Part shown: positions 50,581 to 61,166 of the stretch, piece after piece
How the letters are laid out: each line of letters starts with the position of its first letter
Numbering within the stretch: the first letter of the stretch is position 1
From: Candidatus Latescibacterota bacterium
GTDB lineage: Bacteria; Latescibacterota; UBA2968; UBA8231
DNA: 64,000 nt
Assembly: GCA_965223905.1 (NCBI GenBank)
Contig: CBDCXV010000011.1
Location: 256,001-320,000, forward strand
Direction: 5' to 3'
Position numbers and translations under genes: made by a program
The notes under the pieces: generated by a model
What the model saw: only the letters and a program-made list of their open reading frames with translations
Database searches by the model: none
Told to the model about the DNA's origin: nothing

Positions 50581-50736
50581 GGCTGTTCACCGTTGACATC
50601 CAGTTAGTCGGTTTTGACCTGTATTCATTCAGCCCGGGTTCGCGCTTTTGAAAATGCCGCCGGGTCCTGCTTCGGGTGAACACGGATCCTGCCTTCCCGA
50701 TTTCTTCGGACACCGAACCGAGTTCGTGCGGGGTCT

Positions 50737-52140
50737 TCACTTGCAGATCTCCCGCGCCCTATGCATTGTGCCAGCAATCATCGCCCGGCGCTCTTGGCTT
50801 CTGAGCCAGCGTTCGCCCACATCCTCCGACAGCTCGTGGATGGGATCGAAAAACAGGAACAGTTCGCCGGGGCGAACCTCTGGACTGAGGAATACGGCAA
50901 TCCCGAGTTCTCTGTCGTAAAATTCGTGAGAATGAACGTGACGCTTGCCGCCGCCGCCCATCGTGTCGACGACGAAGTTCGGCATGTGAAACCCTGCTGT
51001 AACGCCGCGAATCTCCTTCTCCAGCCGCTGCGCCGCGGCCAGAGTCGTGCGCAATTCCTCGACTCCTTTCACCATGTCGTGAAGGAACACGTAGTACGGC
51101 TGCACGTTGACGTAACCGAGCCGGAGCACCAGCAGCTTCATGGTATCCGGGTCGTCGTTCACGCCTCGTTGCAGCACCGCCTGATTGCGAACGACGATGC
51201 CCTCTCCGGTCAACCGGTCTAGGGCAGCTTTCGTCAACGCGGTTATCTCGCGAGGGTGATTGAAGTGGGTGTGAAGCGCGACCTGCTTGTGCTCGCGACG
51301 CCCGCGCTCGAACACGCTGCGCAAGGCCGCTACCCAAGGGTCATCCGTCAGCAGCTTCTGTGGCATGACCGCAGGTCCCTTGGTGGCAAAACGCAGTCTG
51401 CGGATGTGATCGATGTCTAGCAACCTGTCGCCGATGAGCTTGAGGTCTTTCGGCTTGAGGTTGTAGGCGTCGCCGCCGCTGATGACGATGTCCTCGAGCT
51501 CCGGGTGGTTGGCGACGTATGAAAAAACATCCTCCCAGCGCTCGGCGTTGACCCCGAAGCGGGCCTTCTCGACTTCTTCGGTGTCGAGCCCCACGGAATA
51601 CGACCGGGTGCAGAACCTGCAGTAGACCGGACAGGTATCGAGCGCCAGGAACAGCCCCCGGTCGCGGTAGCGATGGGTGAGGCCGGAAACCGGCGAGTCT
51701 GCCTGTTCATTCAGGGAATCGAGCCTGAGCTCGGGATGGTCCGGCATTGCACGCGAGGCCAACGGCAGGAATTGCGTGCGCAGCGGATCGTCGTACGGCT
51801 CGCTCCAATCGATGAGGCTGACGATGTAGGGCGAGATGCGCACGCTCATCGTTGCGTTCCGCACCCCTCGCTCCGCGTTTTCGCAGAAATCGTCGGAGAC
51901 CAGGTCCCCAAGAATTCCCCGGAGCTTGCGGACCGAGGTAATCGAGTTGCGACTCTGAAACCGGTGGTCGTTGAACTCCTCGGCGCTCAACCGCGAATAG
52001 GCCGGGATTCGACGCCAGAAATCGTCGTCGCGAAGCTGGCGGTGGTCGTCTGCCAAGTCGGAGCCAAGTGAGGTTAGAACCTCACCGGACGACTTTTTTA
52101 CGGCTGCGGACCACGCCGCGTCCTGGGCAGGCGTAGACAT
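50737..52140 (-). CDS. KamA-family radical SAM aminomutase
   Basis: LTHRY, CPVYCRFCTR, ISGGD, THFNHPREI, NQAVLQRGVND, GGGGK (PLP lysine). Confidence 0.92.
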   Translation of the reverse strand: MSTPAQDAAWSAAVKKSSGEVLTSLGSDLADDHRQLRDDDFWRRIPAYSRLSAEEFNDHRFQSRNSITSVRKLRGILGDLVSDDFCENAERGVRNATMSVRISPYIVSLIDWSEPYDDPLRTQFLPLASRAMPDHPELRLDSLNEQADSPVSGLTHRYRDRGLFLALDTCPVYCRFCTRSYSVGLDTEEVEKARFGVNAERWEDVFSYVANHPELEDIVISGGDAYNLKPKDLKLIGDRLLDIDHIRRLRFATKGPAVMPQKLLTDDPWVAALRSVFERGRREHKQVALHTHFNHPREITALTKAALDRLTGEGIVVRNQAVLQRGVNDDPDTMKLLVLRLGYVNVQPYYVFLHDMVKGVEELRTTLAAAQRLEKEIRGVTAGFHMPNFVVDTMGGGGKRHVHSHEFYDRELGIAVFLSPEVRPGELFLFFDPIHELSEDVGERWLRSQERRAMIAGTMHRAREICK

Positions 52141-52464
52141 TTGATCCGGGGGTACCAGCGCTGCCAGCAGTTTGGATCACTGGCGAACCGCGCCGGGCCC
52201 GGAAGAGAGGGGTTGTAATGCAACTGGCGAACCCTTCGACTGCCATGCAACTTCACATGGCAAAATCGCCCGGTTCGCTAGAGGCCGGGAATTTCGCTGA
52301 CTGTGCCGCTTCTACGGCCGTCAATCCGGCAATCGAAGATCATTTCCGGCTCCTCGGCCGTTGGCCTGGAATCGATGTAGCAGGCTGACCGCGCAGGCGG
52401 CATCGCCAGTCTTGCAGCACGGGGCCGGGCCTCCGAACTACCTGCCTCTCTCCCGCGGCTTCCC

Positions 52465-53073
<609 letters not shown>

Positions 53074-53209
53074 GACTCATCCTTTCGTGAATTTGAACAT
53101 TGGGGTGTGCGCTGCGAAAAATGCGGCACCGAGCAGTCGCTCCTGCCGGCAACGCATTCGAGTCTGAGAAATAAGCATTTCCGGGAACCGAGGCGAGGGA
53201 GTGGTTGCA

Positions 53210-53593
53210 TCAACTCTCCGAGATCCGCCGCTTGGCAAAATCGGCCAAAGCCGCCCGAATGGCGTCCTCGGCGAGAACGGAACAGTGTACTTTCATGGGA
53301 GGAAGCCCACCCAACGCCTCTACCACGTCCTGCTTGCTGATGCGGGAAATCTCTTCGAGGGTGGCGCCGGTGACCATTTCGGTAAGGATCGAACCCGCGG
53401 CAATGGCAGCTGCGCAACCGAAAGTCTTGAACGATGCGCGCTCGGCGCGTCCGTCCGCAATGGACAGATACAAGTGAAGAACGTCCCCGCAGGCTGAATT
53501 TTCAGCTATCCCGACCGCGTCGGCGCTTTCAATGATGCCGGTGTTGCGCGGATTCCGGAAATGATCAAGAACGGTATCACTGTAACCGGCCAC
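53210..53593 (-). CDS. iscU: Fe-S scaffold protein IscU/NifU-N
   Basis: DHFRNPRN, ACGD, FGCAAAIA, LPPMKVHCSVLAEDAI. Confidence 0.92.
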   Translation of the reverse strand: MAGYSDTVLDHFRNPRNTGIIESADAVGIAENSACGDVLHLYLSIADGRAERASFKTFGCAAAIAAGSILTEMVTGATLEEISRISKQDVVEALGGLPPMKVHCSVLAEDAIRAALADFAKRRISES

Positions 53594-53657
53594 GGGAGAT
53601 ACAACCCTTGTAAGTAGCTGTTAATCAGTAGGTTCCGCTATCTTTGCAAGCGGCGGA

Positions 53658-53686
53658 AATGTACTCGGCTTCCATGCGGATGTCAA
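53658..53686 (-). promoter_or_regulatory. Sigma-70 promoter upstream of iscU
   Basis: TTGACA-17 nt-TACATT. Confidence 0.65.
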
Positions 53687-53702
53687 CTGCGGAGGTCGGG
53701 CG

Positions 53703-54020
53703 TCAGGCACTGAGGTCGAGAGTACCTGTCCCTCCTTGGCTGTTCTGCCAGTAGGCGCGCGCATGCTTGACCAGATCCCACATCACCGTTTCGGAAGCAA
53801 CCGCGTCTACCAAGCGGTACATGCTTTCCCTCTTCTCCTCTTCGATCAGACCAAGTCCACCCATCATGGTCAGATGGTGAACGAGTCCTGTCTGCAGCAA
53901 GGTACGATTCATTTCTGCCAAACCTATTGCACTTTCGGCCTCGAACTCCTCCATCAATCCCTCGTAAAGCTGGGCGAGTTCGTTCGACAAGGTGGCCTCG
54001 ATCTCAAAAACCAGATCCAT
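53703..54020 (-). CDS. Hypothetical acidic helical protein
   Basis: AAAGGA RBS before ATG 54020; protein-like composition. Confidence 0.6.
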   Translation of the reverse strand: MDLVFEIEATLSNELAQLYEGLMEEFEAESAIGLAEMNRTLLQTGLVHHLTMMGGLGLIEEEKRESMYRLVDAVASETVMWDLVKHARAYWQNSQGGTGTLDLSA

Positions 54021-54190
54021 GGCAAGGGTCCTTTTGGGGATAGGTTCGGGGGATCCTCTGGCGGAAACCGGAACGTGCAAGTGCTTCTGCAAACTCCTGT
54101 TGGGACTCAACCCCTGCTGAAGCTGCGCGGAGGGCCGTCGATGATTGCCGTCGATGATTCATGACTCGGGAAAGGACTGGAGTGGTCCAA

Positions 54191-54343
54191 TCAGGGCTCT
54201 CTCGACAACAGGCGCCAGCCGTAATAAAGAAGGGCCCCTATCAGGGCGATAGAAGCGGCTGCGACCAGGATGTTGAACAACATCTTCAGCGCAAAGAATG
54301 CGCCGATGGCCAGCATCAAGCCTCCCAGAATCTTGACCAACAT
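54191..54343 (-). CDS. Small membrane protein (50 aa), absent from ORF track
   Basis: MLVKILGGLMLAIGAFFALKMLFNILVAAASIALIGAPSYYGWRLLSREP; AGGAGG and AAGGAG upstream. Confidence 0.7.
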   Translation of the reverse strand: MLVKILGGLMLAIGAFFALKMLFNILVAAASIALIGALLYYGWRLLSREP

Positions 54344-54701
54344 CTCCTTTGAAACCTCCTCTTCTCAAGCAAGCCTGTGCCAACCTGACCATCGAAGGGC
54401 TTGCCGTGACAGCGGTGAAAGTCGCTCCAAAACCGAGGTCGGGCAATCGATTCCGGGATACAGTATCCCACTCAGAAAGACAAAAGGCTGACCAATTCCA
54501 GCCGGTCCGGGATACTTCCGGAGGTCCGCAAGAAAGTGAGCCGGAACTCCGTCGTCTTCCCTAATTTAACGGCTTTGTTGCCTTGCGGACGGCCGCCGTG
54601 GGGGAAGCGATGGAAACCGTGGTCGCCTCCCCTGGCAGGGCTGTCCGGGGGTCGTTATCATTGACCCCTCCTGTCTTCCGTCAACGGAAAACTTCTGTAA
54701 A

Positions 54702-56159
54702 ATGTCCACGACCCCGGTCCTTGTCGGTCTTTGCCTCTACCTGCTGTTGATGCTGGCAATCGGCCTGTGGGCCAGCCGGCGGATCGCAGCCTCGGCGGAC
54801 TACATAGTCGCCGGCAAGCGTTTGTCCCTCCTGCTGGCGACCGGAACCCTTGCGGCCACCTGGTTCGGGGGGGGACTCTGCATCGGGGCGGCCAGCGCTG
54901 CCTATTCGGGCGGTTTCCTGGCAGTCATTGCCGATCCCTTCGGCGCGGCGCTGTGCCTTTTTCTTGCCGGCCTCTTCTACGTGCGCCTGCTGCGGCGCAT
55001 GGGCCTGATGACGATCGCTTCCTTTTTCACCAGCCGTTTCGACGGCCGCGCGGGATTGCTGGCGAGCCTGTGCACCATCCCCGCGTACGTCGGCTGGGTC
55101 GCCTCGTTGATGGTGGCCTTCGGCAGGGTGCTGCAGTCCCTGACCGGTATGGATCCCACGACCGGCATCCTGCTGGCCGCGGCGGTGGTGTTGGTCTACA
55201 CCTGGGCCGGGGGAATGTGGGCTGTCACCCTGACCGATTTCGTCCAGCTGACCATCCTGATCGCGGGGATGCTGATCATTACGCCGATGCTGCTGGCGGA
55301 CATGGGCGGCTGGTCCACCATCGCCGCGCGCATCCCCGAAGAGAGGTTCCACCTGTACCCGCGGGATGCCGGTGCTTCCGGCTGGTTCGCCTATGCCCGC
55401 GATTGGCTGGTGATCGGCCTGGGCAACCTCGCCGGGCAGGATCTGGTGCAGCGCTCCCTCTCCAGCCGCGACGAAAAGGTCGCCTGCCGCAGCGCCTACC
55501 TCGCCTGCCTGATCTACGCAACTATCGGACTGTTGCCGGTGCTCCTCGGGATGGCGGGATCGGTCATCCTTCCCGGCCTCGCCGAACCCGACCTCGTGAT
55601 GATGGAGCTCGCTTCCAGGTATCTGCCCACAGCGGCGCTGGTGTTGTTCGCCGGCGCCCTCGTCTCCGCCCTGCTTAGCAGCGCCGACAGCGCCCTGCTC
55701 GCCCCGGCCAGCGTGATCGGCTGGGACGTGGTCCGTTTCTTCAACCCCAACGCGCAGGAGAAGACGTCCCTCCGCATCGCCCGCATTTCGGTCCTGCTGC
55801 TCGGGGTATTCTCCCTGGCACTCGCCCTCCACAAGACCTCGGTCTACGACTTGATGGTCGACTCCTGGTCGGTGCTGCTCGCCACGTTGTTCGTGCCCCT
55901 CACCGGGGGCCTCTGGTGGTCGCGAGCCAACGCCACGGGGGCACTGGCGGCGATCGCTGTCGGCTTGGTCTCCTGGCTGTTGTTCGTCTTCTTGCTGCCG
56001 CAGCTGCCCGGTGACCTGCTCGCCGTGCCTTTCGCCGCCGCTGCGCTCGTTGCCGGCAGCCTTGCCGGTTCGCAGCCTCCACGCCCCCTGACCGACGCCG
56101 AAGGCCGTGTTCTCCCTCCGGGGAACCGACTGGGATTGCCCTTCGGCAATTGGCAATGA
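54702..56159 (+). CDS. Sodium:solute symporter
   Basis: DYIVAGK, LAATWFGGG, YTWAGGMWAVTLTDFVQ, QDLVQR, SALLSSADSALL. Confidence 0.93.
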   Translation: MSTTPVLVGLCLYLLLMLAIGLWASRRIAASADYIVAGKRLSLLLATGTLAATWFGGGLCIGAASAAYSGGFLAVIADPFGAALCLFLAGLFYVRLLRRMGLMTIASFFTSRFDGRAGLLASLCTIPAYVGWVASLMVAFGRVLQSLTGMDPTTGILLAAAVVLVYTWAGGMWAVTLTDFVQLTILIAGMLIITPMLLADMGGWSTIAARIPEERFHLYPRDAGASGWFAYARDWLVIGLGNLAGQDLVQRSLSSRDEKVACRSAYLACLIYATIGLLPVLLGMAGSVILPGLAEPDLVMMELASRYLPTAALVLFAGALVSALLSSADSALLAPASVIGWDVVRFFNPNAQEKTSLRIARISVLLLGVFSLALALHKTSVYDLMVDSWSVLLATLFVPLTGGLWWSRANATGALAAIAVGLVSWLLFVFLLPQLPGDLLAVPFAAAALVAGSLAGSQPPRPLTDAEGRVLPPGNRLGLPFGNWQ

Positions 56160-56284
56160 TCCGCGTTTCCCAAAGGCCGGCACGGACCGGTTCTTTTCGG
56201 GAACAAAACCGCTCCGCAAAATTCATAAAGCTGGTCCGTCGCGGAGGCGGACCATAATCCCACAAAGGAGGAATCGCCTGACGC

Positions 56285-57187
56285 ATGTTTGGCAGGACAT
56301 ACCCGACGTTCACTCGCGCTTGGCCGGCGGCTGTCTCCATGGCGGTGGCCCTATTGTCACTTACCCGTTGCGCTCCAGACCCGGAAATCATTTCAGGGGA
56401 CGGTGCAACGATGCTGCTCATCCCGGAAGGGAAATTCACCATGGGTGCGGAAGAGGGGGAGCTCGCGGATTTCGAAATGGGCAGGTACCTCAATTATGAA
56501 GCGGAGCGCCCTTCCCGGCGAGTTTCATTGGCCAGCTTCTACATCGATCGCCACGAGGTGACCAACGCTCGTTACCGCAAGTTTCTCGCCCACGTGAAGG
56601 CGTCCGGCGACGAGGCCTTTCGGCATTCCGAGCAGCCGGATGGATCGGATTACAACCAGGATCTGATGACGGAAGATCTCGCCGGCGACGACCAACCGGC
56701 CGTGTGCGTGTCCTGGTACAACGCTTATGCCTATTGCCAATGGGCAGGCAAACGCCTGCCTACCGAAGCGGAGTGGGAGTACGCTGCCCGGGGGGGAGAT
56801 CCCTACAGGAAGTATCCCTGGGGAGGGGGAGAACCGGACGACGATGGCATCTGGTGGGCGAACTACCTGCCGGCTCGAGGACGCGGCGCCGACGGGTACC
56901 GTCTTTCGGCGCCCGTCGGGTCCTTTCCCGACGGCGTCAGTCCCTTCGGCCTTCTCGACATGGCGGGAAACGTCGAGGAGTGGGTCCAAGACTGGCACGA
57001 CCCCTATTATTTTCGACGCACCAAGGAACACCGGAATCCCACCGGACCCGCAAGGGGGCGCAACAAGGTCATCAAGGGAGGTTCGTACGGAACCGACAAA
57101 TGGCACATCCGCGTCGCCACCCGCCTGTTCGGGAGACCTGCGGACCGCAGCGTGCAGCTTGGATTCCGCTGCGCCAGCGATCTGTAA
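56285..57187 (+). CDS. FGE-sulfatase (SUMF1-like) domain protein, probably a lipoprotein
   Basis: FTMG, HEVTNARY, KRLPTEAEWEYAARG, DMAGNVEEW, KGGS, GFRCA; FGE catalytic cysteines absent. Confidence 0.9.
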   Translation: MFGRTYPTFTRAWPAAVSMAVALLSLTRCAPDPEIISGDGATMLLIPEGKFTMGAEEGELADFEMGRYLNYEAERPSRRVSLASFYIDRHEVTNARYRKFLAHVKASGDEAFRHSEQPDGSDYNQDLMTEDLAGDDQPAVCVSWYNAYAYCQWAGKRLPTEAEWEYAARGGDPYRKYPWGGGEPDDDGIWWANYLPARGRGADGYRLSAPVGSFPDGVSPFGLLDMAGNVEEWVQDWHDPYYFRRTKEHRNPTGPARGRNKVIKGGSYGTDKWHIRVATRLFGRPADRSVQLGFRCASDL

Positions 57188-57199
57188 GGCGAGGCTGCA

Positions 57200-57682
57200 G
57201 TGGGTGACGGGAACTTCGAGCCGCACCGTGTAGGGGTCATCGCCGATACCCATGGCTACTTCGATCCCCGGATTCCCAACCTGTTCGCATCGGTCGATCT
57301 GATTCTTCATGCCGGCGACGTCGGCGGGCTGGAGATCCTGCGCAAGCTCGCCGAGATAGCGCCGGTCGTAGCGGTCCGGGGCAACGTCGATCCGGGAACC
57401 GATTGCGGAGATCTCCCCGAAGCCGCCTGGGTCAGCATCGGCAAGCTCGACATCTATATGACCCACATACTCACCCCTCCCAGCGCGGATTCACCCCCGC
57501 CCGTCGAGGCGCGCCTGGTTCTCTTCGGGCACAGTCACAGGCAGCACCTTTCGGAACGCGTCGGGACCTTGTATTTCAACCCCGCGAGCGCCGGCAGGAA
57601 GCGGTTCGCAAATCCTCGCTCGGTCGGCATGCTGGAGCTTGCCGGCGAGGAGGTGACCGCGACCTTCCTGTCTCTGGAATAG
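57200..57682 (+). CDS. YfcE-like metallophosphoesterase
   Basis: ADTHG, HAGD, VRGNVD, FGHSH, FNPAS. Confidence 0.9.
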   Translation: MGDGNFEPHRVGVIADTHGYFDPRIPNLFASVDLILHAGDVGGLEILRKLAEIAPVVAVRGNVDPGTDCGDLPEAAWVSIGKLDIYMTHILTPPSADSPPPVEARLVLFGHSHRQHLSERVGTLYFNPASAGRKRFANPRSVGMLELAGEEVTATFLSLE

Positions 57683-57809
57683 CCGGTAATTCAGCAGGGC
57701 GGAGAAATGGGTTGACAGCACCCCTTCTGCAGCAATAACTAGTTCCCGCCGGCAACGCCGTCCGGCCAGCGGAACAACAACTGCAACACTAGCGAACGAG
57801 GAAACGACG

Positions 57810-59219
57810 ATGAAAATGCACGTAGGAGGCAGATGGATCGACAAAGCCGAGAAGATCGAAGTCCTGAACCCCTTCGATGGTTCCGTGGTGGACACGGTGC
57901 CGAAGGGAGACGCTGCCGACGTCGACGCGGCGATTACCGCCGCCGCAGAAGGGGCCAGGATCATGGGCGCGATGCCGGCGTACGAGCGGTATCAGATTCT
58001 GCACAAGGCTTCGGAACTGATGACCGAGCGCCTCGAGGATCTGGCGCGCACGATCACCATGGAAGAGGGCAAGGTGATTTCCGAGGGCCGCATGGAAGCG
58101 GCGCGCGCCACCGAGACCATCACCCTGTCGGCTGAAGAGGCGAAGCGCCTTACAGGAGAAGTCCTCCAACTCGACGGTGCCTCGAACGGTGCCGGCAAAT
58201 TCGGGTTTACGATCCGCATTCCGGTCGGTATCGTCGCCGCGGTCACGCCGTTCAACTTCCCCCTCAACCTCGTCTGTCACAAGGTCGGTCCGGCGTTGGC
58301 CGCCGGAAACGCCGTCGTCGTCAAGCCGGCCACCGACACCCCGCTGTCGGCGCTGAAGTTGACGGAAATCCTGCTGGAGGCCGGGGTGCCCAGCGAGGCA
58401 ATTCAGTGTGTGACAGGGTCGGGCGGCGTAATTGGGGACGCGATCTCCCGCGACCCGCGGGTGCGCAAGATTTCGTTCACCGGCAGCCGCGACGTCGGCG
58501 AACACATCTGCCGCCAGGCAGGGATCAAGAAAGTCACCATGGAACTCGGTTCGAACGCGCCTGTTATCGTCATGGACGACGCCGATCTCGACAAGGTCAC
58601 CGACGCCATGGCGATGACCGGTTTCGCCAACGCCGGACAGGTCTGCATCTCGTCTCAGCGCGTTCTCGTCGACGACGGGGTGTACGGCGACGTCATCGAT
58701 TCGCTGAAGCCGAAGGTGGAGGGCCTGCAGACCGGCGACCCGCTGGAGGATTCGATGAAGATGGGGCCGATGATTCGCGAGTCGGATGCCGCCCGCGTCA
58801 ACGAGTGGATCCACGAGGCCGTGGGAGCGGGAGCGACGCTGGTCACCGGGGGTGAGCGGACCGGCACGCTTCACCAGCCGACCATCGTCGCCGACGTGAA
58901 ACCGGAAATGCGCATCTCCAGCGATGAGCTGTTCGGTCCTGCGGTCGCCCTCACCCGGGTCGACGACATCGACAAGGCGATCGCCATGGCCAACGACAGC
59001 AACTACGGCCTCAGCGCCTCGATATTCACCGAGAACGTCAACCGCGCCATGAGGTTTGCGAGGGAAGTGCACTCCGGAAACCTCCACATCAACTTCGGCA
59101 CTGTCTGGCGTGCGGACATGATGCCGTACGGCGGGGTCAAGGACAGCGGCATGGGCAAGGAGGGTCCGAAGTACGCCGTGGAAGAAATGACGGAAACCAA
59201 GATGGTGGTATTCCACTAG
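57810..59219 (+). CDS. Aldehyde dehydrogenase
   Basis: PFNFP, KPA, FTGS, MELGSN, GQVCIS, ELFGP, PYGGVKDSG. Confidence 0.95.
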   Translation: MKMHVGGRWIDKAEKIEVLNPFDGSVVDTVPKGDAADVDAAITAAAEGARIMGAMPAYERYQILHKASELMTERLEDLARTITMEEGKVISEGRMEAARATETITLSAEEAKRLTGEVLQLDGASNGAGKFGFTIRIPVGIVAAVTPFNFPLNLVCHKVGPALAAGNAVVVKPATDTPLSALKLTEILLEAGVPSEAIQCVTGSGGVIGDAISRDPRVRKISFTGSRDVGEHICRQAGIKKVTMELGSNAPVIVMDDADLDKVTDAMAMTGFANAGQVCISSQRVLVDDGVYGDVIDSLKPKVEGLQTGDPLEDSMKMGPMIRESDAARVNEWIHEAVGAGATLVTGGERTGTLHQPTIVADVKPEMRISSDELFGPAVALTRVDDIDKAIAMANDSNYGLSASIFTENVNRAMRFAREVHSGNLHINFGTVWRADMMPYGGVKDSGMGKEGPKYAVEEMTETKMVVFH

Positions 59220-59352
59220 CGAAAACGGGCCTGGGGGTGGTGGTTGCGCCGCGAGGCCAGGGGAAGACAGCCCACCCGTAGTGTTCCAGGGCCAGGCTCA
59301 ATGCCTGCAGGCCGGACGCAGATGCTTCGAGCATTCGCGGGGCGGGCGCGGT

Positions 59353-59387
59353 AAGGGGGCTCCTTTTCAGGAGCCCCCTTTTTTTTT
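59353..59387 (+). terminator. Rho-independent terminator
   Basis: AAGGGGGCTCCT-TTTC-AGGAGCCCCCTT followed by a T run. Confidence 0.85.
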
Positions 59388-59391
59388 GGAA

Positions 59392-60236
59392 TCAGGCTCC
59401 CGCCCTTCGCAGGAAGGCGGTTCGCAATCGCCTGGCAAGCGGCCTGGGACGGCCGCATCCGATAGTCGCGCCGTCGATCGCGACTACCGGCATCACCTCG
59501 GTTGCGGTGCCGCAGAGGAAAACTTCGTCGGCGTCCAGGTACTCGGCGAGATCGCACGACTCCTCGCGGACCGGTATCTACAGCTCGCCCGCCAATTCGA
59601 GGATGACTTCACGGGTTATCCCTGGAAGGATGTGCGGCCCCTGAGGCGTCGTTTTCAGAAACGCACCGATCACGCAGAACGAACTCGTCGACGCCCCTTC
59701 CGTCACCCTTCCCGCGCCGTCGATCAGCAACACCTCGAAGGCGCCCGCGGCCGCGGCCTCCTGCTTGGCCAGGACGTTGGGCAGCAGGGACACGCTCTTG
59801 ATATCGCACCGTTTCCAGCGCAGATCTTCCAGAGTGATAGTGCGGACGCCGCTTTTCCAGAGGTTGGGGTTAGGCCGCAGGCATTCCTGAAGGTCATGAC
59901 TACAGTTGGGGCGATTCCCGGGGGAAACTCGTGCTTTCGCGGAGCGACTCCCCTGCTGATCTGGATGTAAATCAGGGTCTCTGGGAATCCAGGGCGCTCG
60001 ATCCCCGAGGCAATCGACCTGGCAACCCTTTGCCCGGCGACGTCGTACTCGATTCCCAGCACGTCGAGACTGCTCTGCAGGCGTTCGAGGTGTCGGTCCA
60101 TCTCGAACGCAATTCCGCCGTAGGTCGCCATGACCTCGTACACGGCGTCGGCAAACTGAAAGCCGCGATCTTCGACCGGCACCACGGCCTTCTCGACAGG
60201 AAGAAACGCCCCGTTGACGAAAGCGAGTTCGGGCAC
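59392..60236 (-). pseudogene. Class IV (D-amino acid-type) aminotransferase, disrupted
   Basis: EDRGFQFADAVYE, HLERL, YIQISRG; frameshift to RWKRCDIKSVSLLPNVLAKQ..VTEGAS..ILPGITR; in-frame TAG at 59578-80; second shift to FLCGTATEVMPV. Confidence 0.85.
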
Positions 60237-60264
60237 GGTCGGGGAAGTAAGGGGACTGCTGCTT

Positions 60265-61029
60265 TCAGGAGGGTTGGAGCGCCGTCCAGAGAGCGCGGTA
60301 ATACCGCATCAGGCGCAGGGCGTCCGGGCTCTCGGGAATTTCGGCCAGACAGAACCCCTTGTAGCCCGATTCCGACAGCAGTTCGAACAGCCGTCGCCAG
60401 GGGTAGTCGTTCCAGAGTTCGGTGATGTGGACGAGGCGGATTTCCTCCTGCAGCAGGCCGAAATTCCGGTCGATCGACCCGTCCTCCACGTCCTGGGGGT
60501 TCGAATTCCAGCATACGAACAGATTGTCCGAGCCGGCGTAGTCGAGGATGGCGCGAATGTTCCGGGGCTCGCAGGTGACCGGTCCGTGCACCTCGAGTCT
60601 TATTTCGATGCCGGCGTCGCCGGCGAAACCGGCACATTCCGCGAGGGCCTGGCCGATCTGCTCGAACGTCCGCTCCCGCGGCACGCCTTCCTCGTCGTGA
60701 ACGCGGTTCGGTCTCACCTTGACGCCCGCAGCGCCAAGGTCGGCTGCCAGGCGGACGTACTCCTTGGTGCCCTCGATGTTGCGGCGCACCTCTCCGGGGT
60801 CGACGGCGTCGTACTCGAAGGCGGACCCCAGTCCGGCCAGCTCCACCCCGGAATCCTCGAAACGGGCGCGGACCTCCGCACGCTCCGCAGCCGAAAGCCC
60901 GACCTCGACTCCGTGGGCATGGGTGGTGCGCAGCTCGACCCCCTCGAAGCCGGTCGCCTCGCAGTTGGCGATAATCGTGTCCACGTCCCAGTCCCTGGCC
61001 AGTTTGTAGGTCACGAGACCCAACCGCAT
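60265..61029 (-). CDS. Sugar phosphate isomerase/epimerase (TIM barrel)
   Basis: GFEGVELR, IRLEVHG, LVHI, YKGFCLAE. Confidence 0.85.
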   Translation of the reverse strand: MRLGLVTYKLARDWDVDTIIANCEATGFEGVELRTTHAHGVEVGLSAAERAEVRARFEDSGVELAGLGSAFEYDAVDPGEVRRNIEGTKEYVRLAADLGAAGVKVRPNRVHDEEGVPRERTFEQIGQALAECAGFAGDAGIEIRLEVHGPVTCEPRNIRAILDYAGSDNLFVCWNSNPQDVEDGSIDRNFGLLQEEIRLVHITELWNDYPWRRLFELLSESGYKGFCLAEIPESPDALRLMRYYRALWTALQPS

Positions 61030-61166
61030 TTCACCCTACCTCCATTGAAAAGTCCGTTGCGAAAATCCCCTTCTCTTGCTCCATCCGGGCATCCATGGCC
61101 AGCCAACCGACGTCGAGCGCAGACCGCATGCAACAGCTGTTCTCTGCCCCTGCTCATGAACGGCCC

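Noticed and set aside
48937-50607. 556-aa plus-strand ORF, and similar long antisense ORFs (54681-56219, 57789-59216, 24966-26030)
   Set aside because: Shadows of well-supported opposite-strand genes, expected at high GC
50581-50736. Possible 6S RNA upstream of rny
   Set aside because: The gap is only 156 bp, there is no zapA, and I could not find the long closing stem with central bubble
56285-57187. True formylglycine-generating enzyme
   Set aside because: Lacks the catalytic Cys pair after the GGS motif, and no sulfatase is adjacent
59578-59580. In-frame TAG as pyrrolysine or recoding
   Set aside because: The same gene has two frameshifts, and TAG is a normal stop for many genes here
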